From: Callorhinchus milii
Lineage: Eukaryota
NCBI RefSeq assembly: GCF_018977255.1
Contig: NW_024704743.1
Coordinates: 85,190,001-85,254,000 of the forward strand
Direction of reading: 5' to 3'
DNA: 64,000 bases
Shown here one piece after another: positions 51,852 to 63,365 of this stretch. The notes beneath the pieces are model-generated. The model saw nothing but the letters and a program-made list of their open reading frames with translations. It was not told where the DNA came from and searched no databases. The first letter of the stretch is position 1. Every line of letters begins with the position of its first letter. Both the position numbers and the translations under genes were made by a program.

Positions 51852-53562
51852 TCTTCCTGTGATTTATGCTCCATCGTTTTAGCAACAGATGAATCTGTGG
51901 GCTTTCTTATTGCTGCCACGCTCTGCTAATGGCTTCAGTGATCCATTCACTGAGACCTCCAAACCCCTATGTCAATCTTATATATTAATACTGTTTAGTT
52001 TATATTTCCGCTGTTTATGATGCTTCCCTAATCTCATCACTCTACATTAAATGGCATTTGCTATTCCTCAACCCAACTCCTTAATTTATCCAGATCTTTC
52101 AGTATTTGGTTAACTGTTTGTTGTCATTTGCAACTCTTCTCCTGTTCTCTGTTCCCTTTCCCCACCTACCCAGTTTGGTTTCATCAGCCAACTTAGGTGA
52201 CTTGGTTTCTATCTGCCTTACCAATCAGTGAATAGGACCACTCAGTTCATGAAATTAGGGTTTGAAATTTACACCAAGACAGAATGGTGCTGTTTGGAAA
52301 ACGTATGGCTGGTTTTGAGGTTAATAGAGGAGAAATGTGGAAGAAATACACTGTGTACAGCTTTGAGGATTAATTGCAGAGGACCATGATTGATAGCAGA
52401 TATTACAAGCTGTATTTAGCTTGGTTTAGTTGTCAAGGGAAAATAGCATCCCAGCTCAGCTGAAAGTGAAACTGGACCAAGCAGTGTTTGTTGTTGTATA
52501 AGGTATTACAAATATCAAAGAGTTTTGTGCGAGTGGACGATTGAGACACAAAATGTCCAAAAAGAAATCTGAACTTAAAACGCAGACCACAAAAATTGGC
52601 ACTTCACCTTCTACTTTGAGAACGAGGCATTTAAAACCATGGTGCGAAACAAAATGCACGCCTTATTAGATAAACTAACCCCATGGAGGACTTTGCATAT
52701 TGAACTTGACCTCACTGACCTCAAGATGCTGGATTGAAGATTCCTAATTGCTGAGAACTCAAGTCAGAGTAATTAAAAGGAAATTAAAAGGAAGGTGGTG
52801 TTCATTACATTTATGGACAAAATGACTCAGTAGATTACATTTCTTCTTTTTCATTGTTGGGTTTGGTCCAATAAACCTCCCGGTGACGGCAGACACATCT
52901 TTAATGTCAAGAAAGAAATTGCAGCAATGTCAGAACTCCTGGGTACTGCACAGATCTTTTATCAAATGTTTCAGAAGCCAGCCCTCCATAGGTCAAACTA
53001 CTTTCCTTTCAGGGTTGGGTTTGGTCTGATAAGGCATAAAGACATACTGTACATAAATCCACTAACAACATATTTCTTTCTGTGTAAATGAGATAGTCAT
53101 ACAATGCAAGCTTGCATTTTACTACAGGTACAGATTTTCCAAATAGGGAGATGGTCAAGGAGACAGACAATTGAGCAGATGTGTAACCAACGCAAAGCCT
53201 AAGAGAGGTGCAGACAAATTAAAGCCATCTCAGTTATTTAAAGCAACTTTTTTTCCATTTGTTCAGTTACACCCAAAGTTTTTTCTACAGTCTGTAGTTT
53301 GTTCTACAGTCTGATCATGGTGAAAGGGCATGAAATCTGTTTGAAAAAGATTCTGAGGCAGCTGTGGTAAAGGTAAATTGCCCAAACGCTTACGTTTAGG
53401 TAAATTTGGAGCACAGTGCATGTCCAGCTAGCATTTGATCCAACTTTAGCTTGTAGGGCTGAGGACATGTGTACCTGTATTTGCAAGTTTACCTAGGATT
53501 GCTTCCAGGGGAATCTCATTTTCAAATAGCTGAGAAGGCTGAGTGGACTCAGCAGGTTTTGA

Positions 53563-54128
53563 AACAACAACAACAAAATTATATTTGTATAGCATCTTTC
53601 ATGTTGGGAGGAGACAGACAGAGTTTCGGACCCGAGCTGGGGGTGGGTGGAGGGCAGGGGTCGAAGGAGAGTGATCGCAAGCACGGTCGAAGAGGAGGGT
53701 CTTGAGATGGGTCTTGAAGGAGTCAAAGGAGGGGGCAAGGCGGAGGGACTGCGGGATGGAATTCCAGAGGGTGGGAGCAGAGTGGCAGAAGGCCCGCCCG
53801 CCAATGGTGGGGCGGACGAGGCGGGGGACGTGAAGCAGGTTGAAGCCCGCGGAGCAGAGGGAGTGAGCAGAATGGGAGGGGGTGAGGAGGTCACAAAGGT
53901 AGGGGGGAGCAAGGCCATGAAAGCCTTTGAAAGTGAGGACCAGGATCTTAAACTGTATCCTCTGTGTTATGGGAAGCCAGTGGAGTCAGGTAGGGATCGG
54001 GGTGATAGGGTAACGGAGCCTGGTACGGGAGAGGGCACGGGCTGCAGAGTTCTGGATGATCTGCAGCCTGTGGAGGGAGGAGTTGGGGAGGCCGACAAGC
54101 AATGAGTTTGCATAGTCGAGCCTGGATG
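53563..54128 (-). mobile_element. L2 LINE 3' portion
   Basis: Collinear with 33180-33410 (SRLDYANSLLVGLP..LHWLP region) and with the 3' UTR of 28066-28320; (TTG)n tail. Confidence 0.92.
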
Positions 54129-55599
54129 TTAAAACCTGTAAACATCGAATCCTGTGTTTGTGGGCATTTGGAAATGTGCTGCAAAAGTCATGCGGTAAAC
54201 AACAACCACAACTTGTATTTATATTGCCCCCTTCACGTGGGGTAGATTCCTGGAGTGCTTATTGAAACGCTTATTAAACTCCCCATTGAAGTGCCTTACC
54301 AATATTCATGCCACTTTATTTAGCTTGGTGCCGTGTTGTCAGCTAGATCCAGTGGCACCAGATGACAATTTATTTTTGGACTAAATTTAATCTGCTGGGA
54401 AAGATTGAAAAGTAATTTCCTGCCACTGGCTTCCTGAGTTTGGATATGTAATCACTTTGGGTAATGGAATTGGTTTGAGATAGAAATATTGTGGTGAAAT
54501 TTAAGGTATACAATTTTGATTATCAGATGCAATAATTATCACAAGAATAGAAAATATGATTGTTTTTATTTGGTCCCTAACAGAAGTTTGGGACTTAACA
54601 TTCTTTGCCCTCACTCCTACTCTCCTGCACTGATTTCTACAAAATGTGTCAGTCTCCTGGCCTTGCAGATGAGAATCTTTGCTGCCTTTTTAACTCAGCA
54701 AAACAATGTCGATTTTTCGAAGGACTCCATCATTTCCTATTAAAATTACTTTTTTTGACCACTTTGTGGCAAAGTGAAATCCACCACCTGTCACGATTTT
54801 CCCAAATTGTTTCTGCAAGGGCTGGCTGCAGTGCTCTAAGACATTAACCTTCACTGAGAGTAACGTCTTAGAGCACTGGTCAACAGATTGGTGGGAGATA
54901 AGGAGTTTTCAGTCCCAAATCTTGTTTAATGGTTGTGATTTCTGTCCTTGCATCATAAGGTATCAAGCTTGGCACAGTTAACAGCATTCTCAACAGCAAC
55001 AATAACTTGCCTTTATAAAGTGCCCTTCATGTGGGGTAGCGTTCCAGAGCACTTGACAGTGGTGAGGTCTGACCCTTCTCGCTTCTGAATTGGAAGGTCG
55101 TTGGTTCAAGCCTCATGTTGGGACTTTGAACTCAATCTAAGCTGATAAATCAATGCAAACGATACACGGTTGATTTTATTAGATCATTTCTGGTTTCATT
55201 CAGTGTTCAGTTCCTTTGAGGAGAGGAAGAGCTTAAACTTAACTTGCATTAAGTATTGAGATTTTGCAGTACAGAGACATCTGCGACATGTATTGGGAAT
55301 GATTTCACTCAGTAGTTCATACACACACTCCGACAAAGTGGGGAATGCTAACTGCAGCATGACCCTGTCTTCAACACTGAGCCAAGCCTGCAATGCAAAA
55401 CATACTCATTACAACAATACAACTTTTATGACAGCAGTAAATTGCCTCCTCACTAGGCAATTCTCTTGCACATCTCCTCTCATAAAACTTGTAAAGGATC
55501 TGACTGCTGGAGAGGCAGTCTACAAGAGCTCCGGGACGCTACCCCGCTTGAAGTGCGCTATATAAATGCAGGTTGTTGTTCTTGACTTGTATCTGTGTT

Positions 55600-55830
55600 A
55601 GTCAGACCTTTGGATGCCTCCACAACCTTTACCTAGCTCTGTGATCCCCTGCAGTCCTACTCCCCTGCCCACTCCCTCCACTCTGATGATTCAGTCCGAC
55701 TGTAGTCTGCCAGTCCCAACTTCCTCCGCTCCATGAGCTTGCAGCCACTTTTGTCCTAGCCCTCTGGAATTCTCCCAAATCTCTCCATCTCACACCCTTC
55801 CTTTGTGCTTTCAAAACCTGTCTAAAAACT
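55600..55830 (+). mobile_element. L2 LINE 3' fragment, decayed
   Basis: ctccacaacctttacctagctctgtgatccc...gccctctggaattctccc...ttcaaaacctgtctaaaaactca. Confidence 0.6.
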
Positions 55831-55934
55831 CAATCTCAAATGTAGAGAATTCATACCTGAAAAATAGTGAGTTGAACTATCTATCGTTCATTTTGTTTAA
55901 TCCACAGATAGTTAATAGTGGTGTGTGGAGGTGG

Positions 55935-56155
55935 GAGGGGTTAGGTTAGCACACTGCCCTCTCACCTCTAAAGCCAGAGTGTTTTGATGGATGGGATAAA
56001 ATCTAATTTCGCTGGCATCTACTAGGAAGTAAGTTTGGGCATTCTCAACCCAGATCTTTATACATGCAAATCCAAAGCTCATAACAACCCATAATTTGGT
56101 ATTAAATTGGCAGTCTCAGTCATAGAGACATAGGCCTGTTTGCCGTGAGAGCTGA
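55935..56155 (+). mobile_element. LF-SINE-like ancient SINE, truncated by a younger SINE
   Basis: gccctctcacctcta head, ttctcaacccag, aatttggtattaaattggcagtctcag...agag..a.agg...gagagctgaa match my recall of LF-SINE (cctttcacctctag...tctcagtccag...aattggcactaattggc...ttggcagtctcagcagagaggccaagg...gagactgaa). Confidence 0.55.
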
Positions 56156-56479
56156 ATAATAATAATAATAATAATAATAATCCTTGCATTTGATATAGCG
56201 CTTTTCACGTCGGGAGGACGTCCCAAAGCGCTTCACAGAACACACTGTAAAGTGAATTGACTGTATATTTGTGGGCGAACGCGGCAGCCAATTGCGCACA
56301 GCAATGTCCCACAAACAGTCGTAGATTAAAAATGACCAATTTATTATTGTTTTGTTTTGGAGGATTATTATTAGGCGTGTGGAGTAAGGAAACTTGTCCA
56401 AGGTTTCACCCTGCCTGGAATTGAACTCAGGTCTCTCGCTTGCAAAGCGAGTGCTCTAACCACTGAGCTACAGGACTCC
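56155..56479 (-). mobile_element. tRNA(Ala)-derived SINE, full length, variant A (young)
   Basis: Near reverse complement of 11939-12265; CpGs retained; long perfect (TTA)n tail. Confidence 0.92.
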
Positions 56480-57624
56480 TCATTGTATTACACTGGCATA
56501 ATGGAGTGTGAGGAAGAGGGAAAGGGTTCTTCTGAGGTTGGGTGTATAAGCACAGTATTGCTGCAGATGGAGGATGGGGCAGCTTACTCTACCATGGTGG
56601 CATGGGAGAGCTTGTCAATGGCCACAACAGTCAACTCCAGCATGAAAGATTGTTTCGTTCCCCAATGCTCCCTTTCCATCCCCTCAAGAAAGATGAAAAG
56701 GAAAGATAAAATCTGAAGTAAAAAAAAGTTATAATTCATTTATTACTTGTCTATTCCTTAACTTTCAGTCAAAAATGTACACAGTTACTTGCTTTAATAG
56801 CCACGAGAAAACTATTTGTAGAGCATCAGTATACTATAATTCTGTTTTTTTTAAAAAATCCTTGCATTCAATATAGTGTCTTTCGCATCAGGAGGACATC
56901 TCAAAGTGTTTCAGAGAATTTACTGCGCTATGTAGTGATTGGGTACTTTGCAGGCAATTTTGCTCTTCCTTATTTTCATTCTTTGCACTCAACACAATAT
57001 GAAGCTTTGATGATATAAGGCAATGATCAGCTCATGAGGAACAGCTACAAAATATAAATATTAGATGATAACTGTTCCCTGGGGAAATAAAACCTCCAAG
57101 TCTCATTTTGTTGTGGAAGCCTAATGAACATGCATATTAGCAAAAACATGCTCTCAGCTACCAAGAGAAGCAGACTCTGAACGTCATACTTTGTGACTCA
57201 GTTACGATTTAGATTTATTGATTATCCTCATAAATGGAATTTGCACCATTTCCTTATATTGGTCATCTTTGAAGTAGAAACTGGCAAGATACACTTTCAA
57301 GTTGTACAAGTTTTCTTATTGAACACAAGTCTGCCTAACTCAAGTCTACATGTACCAAGAGTCAATGGGCTTTTCCTTCGGCAAGACTGGCTTTCTGTAT
57401 TACATTGAACTTCGAATCACCTAAATAAAACAACACCTTGCATTTATACAGAGCCCTTCATGCGAATCGTGTTGTCTTGGAGCAGTGAATGTTGTATTTC
57501 TGCTCAAACTTTTTTTGTGTCGGCATGTGGTGTGCTGGAGCTCTTGTTTGTACCAACTGGACTCCAAGTCACAATAATGATTCACACGAAGAAGGACCCT
57601 TTAATCCTACTCTCTTCCCAAACA

Positions 57625-58090
57625 AAATAATAATCTCTCATATAGTGCCTTATCACGTCATCAAGACAACTCAAAGCATTTCACGCAATTCTACTGTGAT
57701 ATTTAGTGACTGTGTATTTGTAGGCAAATGGGACACATCGAGATTTTGAACTCCTATAGTCCAGGCTAACGCTCCAATGCAGTGATAGGGGTGTGCATTG
57801 TTGGAGGTGCTGTCCATTGACAAATTTTATCAGGGCGATTGTTGGCTAGACACTAGGAGGAACTCCCTTCTCTTTTTGAGTAATGACATGGAATCTTTAA
57901 CATCCATCTGAACAGGCAGACAGGAACTTGATTTAATTCTCATACGAAGAACAGCACCTCTGATAATGAAGCCCTCGCTTAGCATTGCATTGGCATCTCA
58001 TCCTAGACTGTGAGTTCAAAGTCTTGAAATGGAGCTGGAACCCACAGCCTTCGGAAGTGAGAGTGCTATTACCAAGACAAGCTGACACTT
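57625..58090 (-). mobile_element. Deu-domain SINE with an inverted fragment of the same family inside (about 57740-57820)
   Basis: Tail, Deu core and head are on minus; tagtccaggctaacgctccaatgcagtg...ttggaggtgctgtc is plus-oriented. Confidence 0.7.
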
Positions 58091-58519
58091 GAATTACTTC
58101 AATGCACAATTGAGCTAATTAAGTGGTTAATAAGCAGAGCTGTCCTGTATGTAGAGTGAGAATCAAAGTATAACACTAATGAGGTCCAATAGCTCACCCT
58201 CTTCTGAATAACACTAAACTTACAAAGAAAACACATCTCATTTTAAACAACTCCCAAACCTACAACATACCAAAGCTGTTTTAAAGGCGCAGGGTTAGCC
58301 CTGTGACACTGTTAGGCAAACTTTCTGTCATTTTGCAGAAACCACTTGAATTTGTCATTACTAGGGGTTATAATCAGGATAAAAATGACATCTGTCCCTC
58401 TACACTCATTTATTCGAAAAAGTGGTAATTCCTCCTTAGTGCTGTACAAGTAAAATTGTTCTCGTTATAACAGTAAAATCATTTCATAATTCAATCTATA
58501 ATGCATTGTAAGGTGGAGC

Positions 58520-58930
58520 TAAGTCTAAGCTCATTTGGTGGCGTTCTCTTCTCTGAATCAGAAGGTTTTAGGTTCCACCTCCATATTAGAACGAGGAACT
58601 CACAGGCTGACATTCCAAATACTGCACAGTGCTGGGGGAGCGTTGCGTTGTTACAAGTGACATCCTTCCGATGAGACGTTAAACCATGTTAAAATCCTGT
58701 TTGCCTGTTCAGGTGGAAGTTAATAATCCCATGGCATTACTTCACAAGAGAAAAAAGGTTCTCTCCTTGTCAAAAATCCTTCAGATGGGTCATTCATTTA
58801 CTTCAGGACTGTTTGTGGGGGCTTGCTATGCAAAAGGATGATTGCCACGTTTGTCTACAAAAATAAGAGTCACTTTCACCGTAAAGCACTTCAAATCTTT
58901 AAGACATTGTAAAAATGCAAGTTCTTTCTA
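58520..58930 (+). mobile_element. Deu-domain SINE, full length
   Basis: ctctgaatcagaaggttttaggttc head, ccttccgatgagacgttaaacc and gcctgttcaggtggaagttaataatcccatggca. Confidence 0.8.
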
Positions 58931-60035
58931 TGGCTATCCATGTGCATGTTGCGTAGTTTTTTTTATAAAATAAAATAAATTCTGCAAAACCAGAAAGGCT
59001 TAAAAAAATGCCTTTTTATCTTGGAGCTCCTGCATCCTCGAGCCTTTTTGCTACAAATTGAAAGGATCCAGCAATGGGGTGTTCATTAATACAGAGAGAT
59101 ACTGAAGGACATGTACAATCTTTTAATGTGTTCTGTGATGTTCTGATCCTGCACTCTCCACTCCTGCTGTGCTTTGATTGGGAGTCAAAACTGCAGTATT
59201 CCCACCATGCGCTCCCTCCTTCCCAATGTCACGTAGGATCTAAAGAGTATTCATTTGAGGTGCAGAGAACATGCTTCTTAGAGGGATGTTGGCTTAAAAA
59301 TCATTTTATTTAAAAGCCAAGTAAAAGACCTGAAATGAAATGCTCCCCACTAAATTAAAACCAAAGATGCTGAATGTCTCACTTCTGAGAAGACTGAGGC
59401 AAAGTCAGGAATGTATTCAACTTCAACAACATTTTAAGGAAAGGCTTTAAGGATACATTTTTAACTGTAATGTCTATACCATTCCTTAATTAACATTGGC
59501 GAGATCTAAGGAACGGAATGTGGTTAGAAATACCGCAATATTGCCCTCCCATTGGAATACTGGTAGTTACACTGCATTCAGTATGTATTATGTATTGTTG
59601 CCTCCAAGAACACTTACAATTGTCCTGAGATGGGTCTTCCTCCCAGCTCTGGAGTTGACAGTGCCTGAGATTGGTGCACCAGAAGCCATTATTTTGCTTT
59701 TGTGGCCATGGGTGGGTTAGAGGGGCTGGGCCGTGCCTGAGGTTTGGGGTTTTCTGGGCTGTTGGGACCTTGCCCAGAGATCAGGGAAGCTCCTCAACCA
59801 AATATTGAAGTAACTGTTCAACTTGAAAATAACTGTTTGAAGTGGCTCCAAGATAAAATGCAGGACAAACACTCTTATTAATCTAATGGATTCTTGATCA
59901 TTGCATGACTTGTAGCAATGTTAATCGGTAAACAAATATCTCTATCATTTTGTATCAGATAAGCTGATATTGCCCTAGTAGCATCCAAAACCCTTAATAA
60001 AGGAGAAACTAAAGTATCAAAACACTTATTTATCA

Positions 60036-60141
60036 TAATAATAATCCTTGTTCTTGATATAGCACTTATAATAATAATCCTTGCATTTGATATAGCGCCT
60101 TTTCATGACCTCAAATATCTACCTACCCCCCCCCCCCCCCT

Positions 60142-60173
<32 letters not shown>

Positions 60174-60180
60174 CCCCCCT

Positions 60181-60212
<32 letters not shown>

Positions 60213-60218
60213 CCCCCG

Positions 60219-60306
<88 letters not shown>

Positions 60307-60515
60307 ATCCCCTGCCGTCATGACCCACGTCAGCGCCTTACTTCTGAGTGACCTTAAAGAATTTGTTGTTGTAATCAAAGCGCTTCACAGATATACTGTA
60401 AAGTGAGTTGACTATGTTTTGTGGGCAAAACGAGACAGCCAATTGCGCACAGCAGTGTCCCACAAACAGTTGTGACTTGAGTGATCAATTTTTTTTTAAA
60501 GGGATTATTACCCTT
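60036..60515 (-). mobile_element. tRNA-SINE 3' half with duplicated tail and an internal poly-C-bearing insertion
   Basis: Tail unit repeated (60036-60067, 60068-60100). The SINE resumes tcaaagcgcttcacag at 60375. Confidence 0.75.
60126..60306. repeat. About 180-nt poly(C) tract with rare T/G interruptions
   Basis: Directly visible in the sequence. Confidence 0.95.
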
Positions 60516-60539
60516 CTAGTGTCAAGTGGTGTCAATCTA

Positions 60540-61020
60540 GATGTCAAAACATCTCAAAAATGCTGCAGAGGTAATTACTGTCAAGTGTAGTGAATATTTA
60601 TTTTGTAATCAAACCCCACAGCCAATTGCGCACAGCAGTGTCCAACAAACAATCGTGGATTAAAAATGACCAATTTATTATTCTTTTTTGTTTTGGAGGG
60701 ATTATTATCGAGAGGATACGGACAAAAGTTTTCAGAAGAGCAAAAATCCAAAAATCCAAACCTTGAATTGTAAAATTTGGGTAACTTTCTCTTTTGTGAA
60801 ATATTTTAAAGTTCTGGATTTGTGCCTGTTACCTTCATTGTTCGGCTGCTTGTGTTATTTGTCTATTGTAGACAATTTGTTATTGTTTTTTGTTTGGGAG
60901 GGATTATTATTAGGTGTGTGGAGTAAGGAAACTTGCCCAAAGTTTCGCCCTCTGCCTGGAATGGAACCTAGGAGTCTCGCTTGCAAGGCGAGTTCTCTAA
61001 CCAGTGAGCTATAGGACTCC
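60540..61020 (-). mobile_element. tRNA(Ala)-derived SINE, long variant C
   Basis: Head at 60950-61020; extra module 60709-60872 lies between direct repeats 60671-60708 and 60873-60910. Confidence 0.88.
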
Positions 61021-62869
61021 ACATTGTCTATTCTCCATAGTTTCAAAAATAAAGAACCCTTTTAAGGCAGCCTTCTTTTGCATTGAATACTTTAAAAACA
61101 AACTGCAGTAATTTTCCCCAACAAACAGAACTAGGGCAAAAGAAAAATTGGGTTACTTTGAGAATTAATTTAGCAGCCTTTTAATAATGAATGAATATGT
61201 TTCCTTATAGTTAGACACAGTGATGGATTCCAATAATGCGTCTCCTTTTAGATTAGCCGGTACGCTGAGCAGCAAGTGAGCTGTTGCAACAGGAAATTAT
61301 GGTCGATTAAATAGTACATTTAGAAGGATTGGAAATGGAGGACTGTAAACTTTATTGCAAACATTTGGACCAACATATTTTGTTTGCATTCCACAAATCC
61401 AGCCCGAAAAAATCTAAATAGAGTGGAGCCCCATTATAAGGAAGTATTTGTGATCGAGGGCGAGAGTGGATTTGGCTGATTATGTGCACAGCCGATTGGT
61501 TTTCTTCATTGCTGGCCGGTTCCTGCTCAAGAAGAAAAAACGGTTGACTTCCAGTTCATCGGGTCACCATTAACCATTACATCCTATTTTCTATGTATGC
61601 ACAAAGCAGGAAGTGACGTTGTCTGTGCTACAATCAAACAACAGTTGGTCATTTTTATTGTGCTGGAAGCTAAAAATGAATGGCCTACGTATTTTACAAA
61701 ATAATTTCTTAATAACCTAAAGTCAGCCCTTTTAGTGAGAAAAGCTGGGTGACACGAGAAGTGAGCAGTTGTGAACAGGGTCCAAAGTGCAATCGCTTTG
61801 TAAGTGAATTCACCCTATAGTGAAGCACATTACAACATGGCTGTACTGTAATTGTTTATTCATCTATCTCAGTGTTGTTTGGCTGATGTTGCTGGTGTAA
61901 ATAAGCCACCGTGTTTGCTCCCTTAACAGGATCAACTTCATTCTAATTAATCTCATTCTGTAAAGTGCTTCACGATATTTCTTTATAGAAAAGGCACTCG
62001 ATAAGTGTAAGTTATTGTCAAATTTGACTAATATCCATGACTTGTTCTGCCTTCCCCCAAATCCCCCAAATATTGCCCGGCTCCACCAATACCTCACCCC
62101 TCAGGCTCCCACTCCAGCCCCGGCAGTTGGGCTATCAGCCTTTCGACCCCCTGTTTTAAATGCAGGAATTCTTCTTCTTTAATGTCCACCTGAACAGGCA
62201 GACTGGACTTTGGTTTAACATCTCAGCTAAAGGACGACACCTCCATTTATTCAGCACTTCCACAGTCCAGAATTAGAGTGCCAAGACCATCCCAGAGCCC
62301 CTCATCTCAAACCCTCCCTTGCCTTCTTCAAGGACCATCTCAAGTCCTTCCTCTTTGACCGAGTCTTTAGTCACCCTCCCACCTCCACCCCTCCCTGCAT
62401 GCACACATAAACACACCAAAAATTGCTTTTAAGTTAGCTTTTCTTCTCTGCGCAGTTTGCTATGCAAGTTCTACAGTACTGATGTGTGTAATGGCATGCT
62501 CCAGTGCTCACCGCGTGAAGGGCACTGTACAAATGCAAGTTGTTAGTGTTTGTTCACTTAAATCTGCTGCTATCAAATCTCTTATCAGATTCAGCAGCTT
62601 GTATTTTATTTTTAAGAGGGATAATTTGTTGCTGCACTGATGGTATGAATCTGACAACATGATCTCTCAAGATAAAAACAAACATGCATGGATGGATCTT
62701 TGTCAAGTTGGAACAAACTATTCGAACCATAAAATTGATGCTCAGGTCTTTAAAGAAGCTGCATTGGTTTTAAACATAGTTCTTGTGTCAGATTAGTTAG
62801 CAGTTTGTTTCTAAGTGATCTCATTTTTGCTTTGGCTGCACTTTGTTATTTTGTGAAATGATAGATGTC

Positions 62870-63320
62870 AGCTTGGCCCAGAAAGTTGTAGGTTTAAGCC
62901 CCAAATTGGCATTCTATTGCTGGACTGGGAGGATTGCTGAATTAATGGAGGAGTCGTTCTTTAGATGAGATGTTCAACCAAGGTTCTATCTGCCTGTTCA
63001 GGTGGACATTAAAGAAGAAGAATCTTTGCATTTGAAATAACGCCTTTCATGTTGGGAGGATGTCGCAAGCACTTCACAGAATTCCCTGTTAAAGTGTAGT
63101 GACTGTGTATTTTGAAGGCAAACAACTATGAAATCTCATGATGCTATTTGAAAAGAAAAGGATTTACCTCTGATGTCCTGGCCAACAATCCTCTAAATAA
63201 ATTCTTCATTTCATGGGTGTTTGTGAGTCTTCACTGGTCCAAAATGATTGGCGCATTTGCCTTAAAAAAACAGTCACGACATTTGACAGTAATTACTGTG
63301 ACACAATTTGAGTCATTATG
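62870..63320 (+). mobile_element. Deu-domain SINE interrupted by a minus-strand SINE tail (about 63013-63125)
   Basis: gatgagatgttcaaccaagg...caggtggacattaaa, then the insert, then aaatctcatgatgctatttgaaaag...gatgtcctggccaacaatc. Confidence 0.75.
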
Positions 63321-63365
63321 AATTAATAATAACTCAAATTGTGTCACAGTAATTATTGTCAAGTG
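63280..63365. repeat. 40-bp-arm near-perfect inverted repeat with 6-nt loop
   Basis: Arms 63280-63319 and 63326-63365 pair at 37 of 40 positions. Two of the three mismatches are G-U pairs on the plus-strand RNA. Confidence 0.95.

Noticed and set aside
60103..60378. Poly-Gly and poly-Pro ORFs
   Set aside because: By-products of the poly(C) tract.
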